Below, in pieces: positions 50,490 through 62,500 of a DNA stretch of 64,000 nucleotides. The number at the start of each line of letters is the position of its first letter. The first letter of the stretch is position 1. Both the position numbers and the translations under genes were made by a program. The notes below the pieces were generated by a model. The model saw only the letters and a list, made by a program, of their open reading frames with translations. It ran no database searches and had not been told where the DNA came from. The DNA comes from Marsupella aquatica (taxonomy: Eukaryota; Plantae; Marchantiophyta): NCBI GenBank assembly GCA_973895155.1, contig OZ316894.1, positions 11,820,828 to 11,884,827 of the forward strand, written 5' to 3'.

Positions 50490-52450
50490 GACTGCAAAAT
50501 GAATGGGGACTGCCTGTCGGGAAATTTGGAGTGAGTGCAGAGTGATTCAGGGAGATCAACAAGTGCTTGCCTTGGTTGAGTTCAAAACTCACCATCTCTC
50601 GTCCCATAAAGAAACCACAAAAATTGAGCAGCACCAGTGGGAAGAAGACGGAAGGTGCATCATGGATTCGTTTGAGGTCTATTGCAAAGTTGAGATGGCA
50701 GATGACCAAGCAACGAAAGAAGAATCAGCTCAAGGAAGACTATTGTGTTTCAACTTTGGGGAAGAGTGAGCCATCTATCCCATCCAAATCAATCCTTGTT
50801 TGTCTGATTAAGGTGTTCGACATTCGAATCTAGGAGAAGAAGGGTTGGGGCTGCTTGGTAGACAAAAATTTCTTTGAGATGTTGGAGGAGCATGTGAGCT
50901 CTGCTCCTATCAACAATGTTGTCTATCACTAAGCCGAGCATGTGCAGCAGTTGCCTGTGGATCAAAAATTGCATGCTCTGCAAGTCGATTGTCAAGTATC
51001 ATAAGTACTTTTTCCAAAGAGAAATGTTGTTGCCCAGTCTGGCCAACCTTCAACAGGTGAAGAGAGTAGAGAAGTCGTTGTTGCAGACACCTCATGGGGT
51101 TTTTGAGGAAGAAGAGGGAAAGTTTGTTGTGGAAAGACTTGGGACCAAAAGAAATTGATTTTGACAATGCTTATCTAGACTATGTGAAGTGGAAGAAGGA
51201 GTAGAAGCATTTGTCAATTGCTATAGCTAGTAAAAATTGTGTGCAAGATTACAAAGTTGATGGCATGTCACAAGAAGAAGCATAGAACGTGGTACTACCA
51301 CATTCATTTTGCTTGCCTTTGCATTTTTGTGTATACTTCAAGCATAATGTTTACACTAGTTTTTATATTGCAGGCTGGAGTTCACAAAGTGTGGGTTGAT
51401 ACCTCAGATGAGGAGGGGTACGAGCCCACCCCTGACAAGTGGGGATTAGAGTATCATGAGTCCTCTGACAAAGAAGACGCAATGTTCAGAGGTATAGTTC
51501 CTCTTCCCCTTTTGCCAATCATTTTTTCTGAATCTGCAGAGTTTGAAAACATTGACCAGAATGTCTACCAAACTTCAGGTTCCTTTGAATGACAGAGCTC
51601 AAGCCAAAGAATCAGGGAAGAAAGGAAAGAAACCCAGGAAGCCAAAAGAACCCAAGAAGTAGCCTCCACAGACTGTTACGCCTCTTGTTGACACTCAGCA
51701 AGCCGATGAGGTAAAATTTGCACTTCCAATGTAAGTACCCTATTTGTATACCATGATATCAATGTATGCACGATGGTTTAGTGCTCTTAGCCCGAGTATT
51801 GCATTTTAGGTTCCTCCCAATAAAGGAGCAAAAGCCGACCAATCAAAGCGGAAAACAACAAAGAACCAAGAAATCTGCAGAGCCACATTTGCCCACGCCA
51901 AACGACAGCACCACCCTTCCTGCAGATTCTCAGCAAGCTGACCAGGTAACATTTAATGATCGAAGATCTTCTCAACATTTGTAAACATTGTGGGGAATGT
52001 TTTCTCTTTTATCAACACTACGAGTTCAAGAGTATGACATTATGTTGGGGTTGCATACCATGATTTTCATGTATACTTAATGTTTGAATGTGCTTGTACC
52101 CGAGTACTGCATTTTAGGTTCCTGAATCCAATGAAGGACCTAAACTCAACTAATCTAAGAGGAAATCAACAAGAACCAAGAAATTGGTACAACCAAAGAA
52201 GCCCGCGCCTGAGGTAACCATCTTTTCAGTAGGCCCGAGAGGAACATTCCACAGCAGACATAGTGATAAATGTATTCTATATGCAACAATACTTATTTGA
52301 TTTAAACATCCAATAACCTTTGCAATTACAGGTTCCAAAAGAAGGAGAGCAGGCAACGGCAACTGCAGAGACAGAAACAAGTCTTGTTAAACAAGTCCCC
52401 AACAGTTGCAGTTGGAGTCACATTGTCAACATGGTGTACCCAGCAACCGG
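50490..52450 (+). pseudogene. Decayed multi-exon gene of unknown function with a Lys/Pro/Glu-rich 3' part
   Basis: One frame reads WGLPVGKFGVSAE*FREINKCLPWLSS...VFDIRI*EKKGWGCLVDKNFFEMLEEHVSSAPINNVVYH*AEHVQQLP, broken by isolated stops. Later GT-AG exons at ~51374-51710, ~51810-51944 and ~52118-52213, with a duplicated intron-exon unit. Confidence 0.5.
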
Positions 52451-53059
52451 GTGAATTGTAAGTGTAATTTGTCACACCATTCTGAGTAGTGTAGTAGTAT
52501 ATCGTGCTATTAGAGTATGTACATTTGGTATGAGTGCTATTGGAGCCGATAAGGTTCCATCAGGTTTGTGTGAGAGGGTACTTCTCACTTGTGAGGCATT
52601 GAAAGGTCATCTTTCAATGTTGAGCCTTGGAGAGAGAGGAGCTTGAGTGTGGCTATGGTGGCTGTGAGCTCCGCTTGTGTAACGTGGATTCCTTGAGTAG
52701 TGCAAGGTGTGTTGGCTTGACATACGTGTGTGATCGGATCGGTGCGGGATCGATGGGGTATTGTTGACCGGGATCGTTGTGCCGATTGTATGGAGATTAT
52801 TGTGGGTTTTGGACATGTGTGGACATTAGTTCCACTTGTATTCTATTCTCTTGTGTTTGTGATGTGGCAGTGTGACTATGTTTGGATGTATGTGACAAGC
52901 GATGTATGTTGTGTAGCGATATGTATGCGCACGACAAATTTCTGATCCCTATATATAAGTTACTTCCAGTGCAATAAAACTATCTAAGCAAACTGCCATT
53001 AGTTATTAGTAGGCATCAAATATTTACTAATGGTATTATTGTTTTTTTGCTAGTAACAG

Positions 53060-53432
53060 ATGTCTACCCCACGAAATATGAAGATTGGCAGGACCCAAAT
53101 TCTATATTAGATTTGGTTGTGGTGGTACATGGAGTTATTGGTGAAGCAACGCGAGGAACCCGAACCCATAAGGAGTTGCTAGAATCAGGCATTATATTGT
53201 ATGATGCTTCTTATGTACCACCTTTGGGAAAAGGAAAGTTTGGGAAACTCATACCAATACCACTTCCTTCATTTGATGACCCATCATGGCCAATTCCCGA
53301 CATGAGTACTACTGAGTCCTTTCGTGCTAGACTCTTTTCTGACTTCCATATGGCAATGAAACCCAGCACATGTGGTCGTGTTTGTAGAATTAACTGGTTC
53401 ATGCCATTCCACATCATGATAGATCTATTTCA
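53060..53432 (+). pseudogene. Protein-like exon of unknown function, apparently truncated at its 3' end
   Basis: Acceptor-like aacag|ATGTC, then DVYPTKYEDWQDPNSILDLVVVVHGVIGEATRGTRTH...PIPLPSFDDPSWPIPDM...CRINWFMPFHIMIDLF. Composition suggests a globular domain. No family recognised. Confidence 0.5.
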
Positions 53433-56162
53433 TGTCCAAGTGGACATTGGAATGCGACAAACCATGAAAATCTTGGGATATTTTCAACATCATTTTCACA
53501 ATTACCAAAAACAACAAATCTATACTTAATTACAAACATAAAATTTACGGTCTTTGATCTGAGTTTGTGCAAACTCAAAATCTTAAGTAGAATGCCACTA
53601 TCCATTGTAGGTGTGCATCTAAGTCCACTAAATCTCTAACTACAATGCAACTCAACTAATCTAAGGCTTCTCTAACCTCCTCTCCACTTCTAGAAGATCC
53701 CCTTCCTATCCCCTTCCAATCCCCTTCCAATCCTTATCAATCCCATTCCAATCTCCCTTGCTCCCTCTCCCATCCTCCACTCGCTCCCCCTTCAATCCTT
53801 AGGTCTGCTCGATTGAGATCTAGCTCTCAAGCTCAATTTTTCACAAATTATCCCTGATCCTTTGTGGCTATCTCCCCTAATTGGAATCTGTCTCATTTAA
53901 TCAGAGTCTACCACAGCTAATTCAAGCAGCAGTCAATCACAGTAGAAGCTCATTCAATAACCAAATCTGAGAAATCAAAGTCCAACACTCAGGTGAAATC
54001 CAGCAATCAAAGCATCAACATCAAACCAGGAATTCAAAATTTCAGCTTCAGGATTTTGAAGGCGACAGCAGAGATTAGCAGTCGTTCCCAGACCATAAAT
54101 TAGGCCTGACCTCAATCAGCAGCTGATGACAGCACCTTGATGCGACTTGAGCTTAAGTGAGGGCCAATAGCCCTCTCCAGGCCGCAGCCTCCTTTGCCAT
54201 AGCCAATTGGCTACCCTCGCCCTTTGTAGGTCATTGAGCTTGCAACACAGTCTTTGCCCTTTGTATTTTGTCACAACCAGTTTTGGACTTCATGAATTCA
54301 TGAAGCTTTTGGTTTCTCAGTTTCCCAGGTGGTAGCCCCTTCATGAATTCATGAAAGAGAATAAGGTATCTTAGGGAGAGAATCTCCAGAATAGCCAAAA
54401 GAAAGACTTCAAAAGTGAAAGAAAAGGGGATAAAGACAAACCACTCAATCTCAAGAAATGCAAAAAAATGGTGAAATAAAAGCAAAAAGTGCTCCAAATG
54501 CCAATATTCCAAAAAGCATATGGAAACAGTAGGTCAACAAGACAAACTCTCCAATCATGAGTCATGGAAGTACATATCTTGGTGGGCAAAAACATATGGG
54601 TTTTTACTGGTGGGCAAAAACATATGGGTTTTTAATGCCAATGTTTATCCTCATGAAACGTGGGAATGCAAACCTAAAAATGATTTATTTCTCCAAGTAA
54701 ACTGGATTGCGTAGTCCAAACAATATTGTGAGATTAATAATTGAGCAATCTAGTAAAGGGAGGTATGGGGAAGGGAAAAGGCCCAAAGAAGCCCTAAGTT
54801 GCCCAACAAGCCAAAAAGTCGAAGGACTAAGATACCACCTAGTAGCCAAGAAGACTAATTAATAAAGTGTTGTGTCATAAAAAACTTTTGGAAATATAAT
54901 TTTTTCAACTTTTTCCTTGACTTGTTCATCTATGTCATGAAAGGATTGGCTTAATTATTGAAAAATGATTTAAGCATTTCTTATTCATTTAAATTAGAGA
55001 AAGGACCAATTAAGTACAAATAAGCGTCCTCTATTCATGAAAACATGTTATTTCATTTGTTTCAAGTTAAAGGATTTTTGCTCTTTTGTGTGTTTTGTCT
55101 ACATTAAGTTCTTCTCACTCATTTGAGAGCACTAGCCTCCCCGGGCGTTAAGTTCTATCCCATGTGGTTGAGACTAGTGTTAATTTGGGTGTCCGACTCA
55201 AGGGTCTTCAAGATAGTGGACAGTTGAGAAAGCGGACTCATGAATTCATGAAGACAGATTGTAACAAGTTTCTAAAAACACTAAGTCCTGTCTCAAAACC
55301 AGATTTTTGTGCATTTTGGAAAGGTCAAGCGTTGCAACAAGCACCAAGGGGAGAGAGTGAATATGGTCGTCTGACATCTCTCAAATTCCAGGAAGGTGTA
55401 AGAGCACTGACACAAGCGGGGACACAAGAAGACCTACTGAGGCTGCAAATAATTCCAGCAAGGAAAGGATCATCACAAGAAGGTCACCCGGGCACACTTG
55501 CATCATTTGGCTGAGATTGGAAGCCAATCAATATCAAGAAATTAACTTGAAGGGGAAGAATAAGAATTTGGAAGAGGTCCCCAAGAAGAGGTTGGGGGAG
55601 CCCAGTTGGGTCAATATGTTTGTGAAATTCAGATGTTGCCTAACAAATCAAACTCAGGCACGTTGAGAGCCAGGTTGAGAGTAAAAGAGGAGCCATTGAG
55701 TGATTTGATTTGGATCAAAATGGGTACATCTGGAAGCGTAGGTGCTGAATTTGTGGAGATATCATCTTCCATTGAAAAGTCTCCCTCAAGGAGTGAAGGG
55801 GCGCATGTTGGAGAGTCAAAAAGAGATCATAATTTATGAATTTGAATTTTTCCCAAGTCTAATGAATTATGGAGGTAATTTGATTGTTTGTTAAAAATAC
55901 AAATCATGTTTTGGTAAAAATTGCTAAAATGGCATAGTAAAATTATAGGTAGTAATTTTATCAAAAGTAAGTTGAGATCATTTTGTAATTAGGAGATGGT
56001 GAAAAAAGTGTCATTTTAATACTTTCAGTTTGTTTTATAATTTTGTCAAAAAACAGGTAGTATTTTTGGCCACTTTTTTGCCATTTTCTTTGTTTCTGCA
56101 ATTTTTTTACGAGAGTGCTTAGATTTTGGGCTTGTTACTCACCCTTTAAGGCTTCTTGTTCA
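53433..56162. mobile_element. ~2.7-kb non-coding block with TG...CA ends, possible solo or chimeric LTR
   Basis: Starts TGTCCAAG and ends CTTGTTCA (6/8 inverted match). The flanking coding sequences on both sides stop making sense at these points. No matching 5-bp TSD for these ends. Confidence 0.35.
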
Positions 56163-58484
56163 TGTAGTGGGTGATGTGGTGTTCACCAAAGGCTTCAATA
56201 TAAAGTCTACCCCAATTCTCAAATTTTCCTTTGAATGCCAACCTTTGTGAATCAGTCAAAGTCAGCCCAGTCAGGTAAGGTTGCAACTCCTCATAAGCTC
56301 TCCACATGCGCATTCGAGAAAGCTTTCCTTCTGGCCCGTTATGATGATCAGCTGTACATAAGTCCATCCAAAAAATTTCGTTTTGGGAATATGTACTCTT
56401 TTGGAATAATCTTGTGACATGAGCTCCATTCATGCTTGGTCTATTGGGGACACTACCAGTTGCTCCAGAAAGGTTTGGATCCTTGAATATTCTCACATTA
56501 CCTCCATGAACCCCAGCTGAGGACAAAGATTCTTCCATTTTCTCTATAGCTTTTGCTTGAGAAGGTTTGTTTTGCATGTTCCAAACATACATGAAATGCA
56601 GATGCAAAAATGTTTCCACAATTCGAACATTAGCATGCAAGGTGCAAATATGTACACGCTCCAATGGTATTGGGAGTATTGGGTCAAAATGTGTGTCTCC
56701 TGATGTTCCATGACTTGGTTCTGCTGGAAAAGATGTGGAGAACAATCCACCCTTCCATGAAGGTTGTTGACGTTCCTTACCGGCTCTTCTTGCAGCCATA
56801 TCACTCCCTAGTGCTTTTTTGCTTGACTTTTCTTGGAGACAATAGATGCAAGAGTGTTTAGCATTTGCACCATGTTGCAACCCATACATGCATTTTATTG
56901 TTTTCATATCTGCTGTCAAATGCCACTCCACTTTGTATTCTCCCATTCCTGGAACCTGTAATAATTTCCCTGCTTCCTGTGCTTGAATCACACTTGGAAA
57001 TGATGTTGTTCAAAATATGAATTTCAATTGCGCATGTGACTCCTTTGCCACCTCAAAGCATGCCACTGGCCAAATGTCACGATCTGATTGCACTGATCGA
57101 GAAGTATCGAGGGTCATCTTTCTGGATTGTCATATCCAAAGCCCTGTTCATAAGAGTAATTGAGACCCTTTCTAACTTTTGGTCTTTGACAATCTGTGCC
57201 TCATCCAATTTGAGGACAAATACTAGGGGACTTTCACCAATCTCCTCTTCAGTGACATTGTAAAAGCGAACCATGTTTTGTTGTACCACTTCAAGTTCAA
57301 CAAATAGTGAATTCTTGTCACTCAACATAATTCTCTTGGGCTTTGTTCCATCAGTGGTTTTGGACTTCTTTGCCTTTGGGGCATCTGGAAGCTCCATATG
57401 CAAGCTTTTGTACTCACCAATGAAGTGAACAAGGTTTGCATTATATTCAACCCGCAACTTAGACACTTGAGAGGAATTAGGAATAGCAGCAAGTTTCAAC
57501 CGTGGATGCACAAACTTGAAGCCATTTTTCAAAGTTTTACGGATAGCAGAAAAACCTTTCTGAGAAACACCAGTTTTATCACACACTGCCAACATACTAG
57601 TTGGCTGGATATGATCTCCAACTTCAGTCAAGATACTGTTTGTGGCCTCCACAATTGTTGTGGTCATGCTAGGTTGTTGCACCATGTACTCCTTCTCCTC
57701 TTTTGTCAACATCATTCTTTGCAAGTAACATAGCATTCTGTCTTTGTGCTTCAACATCTCCACAAACACAATGTTTCCCCCCACATATTGCATTATCCAT
57801 TTGAACCTCCTTTGAAGTCTTTGCTTGTAGTAGAGTTCGGACTTGACGTCTTAATCTTTTTGCATGCCCACCTGTTTGACTCAGATCTGACAAGTCTTTT
57901 CTTTTGCGAACATGCCCTTCTCGCAACAATTTATCATATTTTGTTCTCAAAGAAACAAGCTCTTTCTCTTTGTTTTGCAATGATGTTGTACATGCCAAAA
58001 CTGATTGCTGTAGGCTTGCTATTTGATCATGGTCAGATTGCAATGACTGTATTTTTTGTAGCAACTGAAGGTTCTCCACCCTCAGCTCAAGACTCACTTG
58101 CATAAAAAAAGCCCTGCCACTTTCTATGTTTTTGATGTTTGCCTCGTATTGCTTAGTAATAGTCATATTTGTTTTTGATAGGCTATGGGCATATCTATAG
58201 AATCCATTTTCTCCTTCACAAATATAAACTACAAGCTCCTTCCCCTCCTTCAAGGTTGTAAAGGGTGGTGGTGCATTTGTTCTTGGATCTTTAGGGTATA
58301 TAGCCCCATTTATCCACAGGTCTATGTTAGTAGCCCCCTCAACCCTTTTTTGGGGGAAATCAAATTTCTGTGTTTGCAAGTCAACATTGACCCCTCTTTT
58401 GATGAGGGGCGCATATTTTGGATCCACTGCAAACCGTATCTCATACGACTTGCCCCATTTGTTTGTAATGTCTTGCAAGGCCAT
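56146..58484 (-). pseudogene. RAG1/Transib-like DDE transposase, frameshifted and C-terminally truncated
   Basis: Joining ORFs 58484-57669, 57793-57077 and 56991-56146 (frameshifts at ~57720-57780 and ~57097, stop at 57010-57012) gives, in RAG1 order: RKRKDLSDLSQTGGHAKRLRR; IQPTSMLAVCDKTGVSQKGFSAIRKTLK; FVLKLDEAQ; SVQSDRDIWPVACFEVAKESHAQL; LTADMKTIKCMYGLQHGANAKHSCIYC; ICTLHANVRI; FGEHHITHYM. Confidence 0.8.
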
Positions 58485-59571
58485 GACTCTGCATTTTAAG
58501 AGATGGTCATAATGGGAAAAAAATCAATCTCATTTATTGATACAACTTAGAGTTCACGCTTTATGCTTAGAGCCTTTATTTAATTTACTAATTTGAAAGG
58601 AATTCTATCCAACGTTGCTAAAACCACATATCCCCGTGGCACAGCCTACTTACATATATGTACTAATGAGGGACATATATTCCTAGTTACACACTTTACT
58701 TCCATTTACTAATCAGGGCACTCACTGATTGAATGGACTCCACTTGTGAAAATAACACTTGAATTCCTTGGCACTCCTCTTGTATGTTCGCCATCACCGT
58801 CTGTCACCAACCCATATTGTCTCTCAATCCACGTACTTGGAGACGCATACATATCAGGTATAAACATCCAAGTCAAGAATGTGTATCTAAAGTATATAAC
58901 TATTGTTTCCAGAAACAAATAGCAGAATTGATTCCTTCAGCGTTACCGCCCTCATTCTCAATGAGGTTTGTGTCCATCATGATTGCTCGCTGTTACCCGA
59001 TTGTTCTTCTTCTTCTCACCTTTGGGTTTACCAAGATTGGCCTCAAAGCTGAATCTTAGCCATAAGGTTCAAACCTGAATTCTTAGACATAATTTTAAGC
59101 TGAAATCTTAGCAATAAGAAGCACACAACGTACAAGATAGCTTTCCGTTAGCGTCTCTCACAGGGAGCTCTCGTTGGATGTCCTCGTCAAAAGGAGTTTT
59201 GCTATGAATTTTGTATGTACATATATAGAGTACAAGAGTTTTGGTTTGAATCCGCATACCAAGGAGTTCTTCTCATGGAAAAGCTCGAGAAATCCTAGTC
59301 CTTGCTTGTAGTAAGGAGGTTGAGAATTGCACAGAGGGAAGAGTCGATATAAAGAGTGACATTGTGCACAAAGAGTTTGCTTGGCCTGTGACAGATGAGG
59401 TATTCTATTGTGCGAGCAAACAGGAGTTTTGCTAGCGAGGACAGCAGGCTAGCGAGGCAAGTTTGCGCGTAATTTGAGGGTAGTTAAGGCGCATTCCCAA
59501 GTAAGATTGTCAATATATACTGTGAAACAGTTAAGGAAAACGAAAATGCAGATACTTAAATATTCACAAAC

Positions 59572-62500
59572 TCAAAAATCGAGATCTTCACTACACTGAA
59601 TTGAATGAAAAGGCATCATCACTGTCAACAAAACCAGGTCAAAAAACCTTTCACAATCCATCTTTAATAAAACTTTGGTATGACAAATATCTTCTGGAAT
59701 GAGATTGCATCTGAAATTGACCATGAGTCCTTGAGAATCCTCTGATTCCAAATCATCTGAGGAATTACTAGGATCGCTACTGGACTCCCTATCAGTCTCC
59801 TCAGCCGAACCGTCAACATACTGTGCTACAGTCCCAGCCTCATCATCTATGAACTGAGGGCAGTAAAGGGCTTTCCGAACACCCCTCACTGACCGCAGAC
59901 CTTTCCCCTCCCAAGTCAAAACGACGGGCGCTTCATCAACCTCCTTTGCAGTCTTTTCAGCATAGCATGGAAGCGCAAATCCCTTGTCAGGGGTCACAAG
60001 AAAATGATCCTCGATTTCTTTCCGAAGACGGAATCTCTCCTCCGAAAACCAATCCGAACGCCTATCACTGAAGAAATCACCAGAATCGGATCAATACTAA
60101 ACATCCGAAAATTCTACAAACAAAAGAAAAACACCAAATAGGGAGTTCTACATCAAAGGCCAAGTGCTTTACTCCAGGTCGAATTCATCCTTCTCGTCTG
60201 AAGGTCCTCCTTGATCATCTCCTGGGATGGTGAACTCATCATCAGACCCTTCATCTTTGGGATCATCGTTCTTCGGGTCTGCGGCCCCTTTCAACTTCTG
60301 GGCATGTCTATCCAACACATTTGCCAAAGTTCTTTGTGCACACAGATGAAGAATGTCTTGATCTTCAACACCCACAACAAATCTCCCAGCGTATTCCCCA
60401 GCGGCAAAAGCACTTCCATCTCCAACAGTCCAGTCAATGACAATGTCCTTTGGCAAAGTAAGGATCTCCATTACGGCTTGCATGAACCCAACTGACAATC
60501 TATTGGAACCTGCGAAAGCCGCCCTGGGACTGGGATCAGTTTTTGGGTAGCAAACACTCAACATCGATTTATGGCGGGCATCCTCCGAGGAAGTCATTGG
60601 AACATATCCTGTATGTTTCGGGACTTTTGCCGAGAATTCCACCTTGCAGAAGACATCCATAATGAGAGTAACCACCTGAATTGAAAACGATAATACGTAA
60701 GAAATGGGAACTTTTGGTTAGCGAGCTCGCTAGCAAAAATTGCACAAAAAATATGGAGGATATCTTACCTCGATGTCCATATCTGCCTGATACAAAGGAG
60801 ATGAAAGCAAAACCGAATACTGCCGGACATGTTTAAATTTGTTCTTCTGTTCGACTGCAGAAAAAATTTGCCTCATATGGTTATAGTCAGAGCTGTGAAG
60901 AACTGCGACATAACCATCGTCGGCAAGCATCGGACGCATGACTCCAAAGAAATAATATGGTAATTTCTCACTCCAAACATTCCACTTCGGGACCTCCCGG
61001 TCTGTGACGCTTGTTCGATGACCCGTGGGAAGGAATATGAAACCCAAGTGAGCACCAATTCCAGCGTAATTTTTTCCGTTGATCATCACGGCGTTTGGGT
61101 GTTCGCTCGATTTGCTCATTCCAGACAACCACTGATCCGCATCGCCCATCCAGGGAGGTCTTACTTTCCTCTGGCTAATTGAGTTTGCAGTTTCCGTGAG
61201 ATTGCTCTTTGCCAAGAAATGCCTCTCACCATCCTTCTTAAGACCACACATTCGTGCTACTCCTTGCGCGACGCATGCTTCCTCCTCATCCGAGTCGGAG
61301 AGAATTTGGACATTGCGCTTCCTCTTTAAACGCTTGATTGAACCCAGGTCCACAGCAGATTTTGTTGTGACCTCAACATCAGGAGACTTGGGTTCTTCTC
61401 CATCATCCGCCCCACTCTTCAAACTGCCAGAGGCTGCAGCCTTTCTCTTCTCTGAAAAACATGTTAATGTCAGACAGGTGACTGAGACAAAATTACTCCG
61501 AATGAGGTATGAAAAAAAGAGGAGAAAAAGACTTACTTTGCTTCCCAGACAAGACTGATCCATCTTTGGACGTGTCCTTCACCGGCACTTTCCGAGGTCT
61601 CCTCGATCTACTCCGGTCCACAATGGTAGCTACACCAAGAACAGCTTTCTCCATTGCATCACATCCGCCAGCCTCGGCTTCTGCAGGAGCTAATTTGGAC
61701 TCTGTAATGTACGACTCTGGTATCAAGCCTCGATTTATCATATGAAATGCTGCCTTCTCTGCTGTGTCAAATGTCATTGCCCATTTGTCTGATTCTAAAT
61801 ACCATGGACAGTGAAGGACTTCCCACTCACTCATCTTCCTTGGAGCCTCCACTCCCTCACATGGGTACATCGAGTACTCTCCATATTTAACAAAGGTTGG
61901 ATCCTCTTTCACTCCTGCTATCCAAGGCGAGAAGCAAGCAGGATAGGACCACCAATATGTTTTGTCAGCAACTTCTCTATCCACAAAAAAATGATACGTA
62001 TATCTCTTCGCCCTCCTCCAAAAAAGTGAGATGTCAATCTTCTCACCCAACTTTGGTGGCCAAATCTGTTTGAAAAAACGAGATTTCACTCTCGTTTGGA
62101 AATCTTCAAAGTCCTCCTCTATGTCAAGGATCAGCGATGGCTTTGTCTTCTCAGACGAAGTAAGGATCCTTGCATCTGGAACAGTTGGGATCAACTCTGA
62201 AATAATCTCAGACATGAGCGAAGAACAAATTGACTCAACCTGCTCCCAAACAGCCCATCAGTGAAGCCAAAGTTTTGTTTCGCTGTCCGAGAATTGACCA
62301 GGGTGGAAGTACTTCTTGCGAAGCTCAGGTCTGCATTGTGCCTCGAGGAGTACACATCTGAGCTGGGGAGTCAACGATGAGACACCCGTAAATAGCCTCG
62401 CACGATCGAGACCACATGACACATTACCCCTTCCTTTATCGTCTGTTCGTTGGGCCTCCTTCCTCTCATGTTCGCAGTAGTTGTGCATCTCAACACACTT

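Noticed and set aside
62258-62260. In-frame TGA as selenocysteine or programmed read-through
   Set aside because: Land plants lack selenoprotein machinery and the neighbouring genes carry similar nonsense lesions. Mutation is the simpler explanation.
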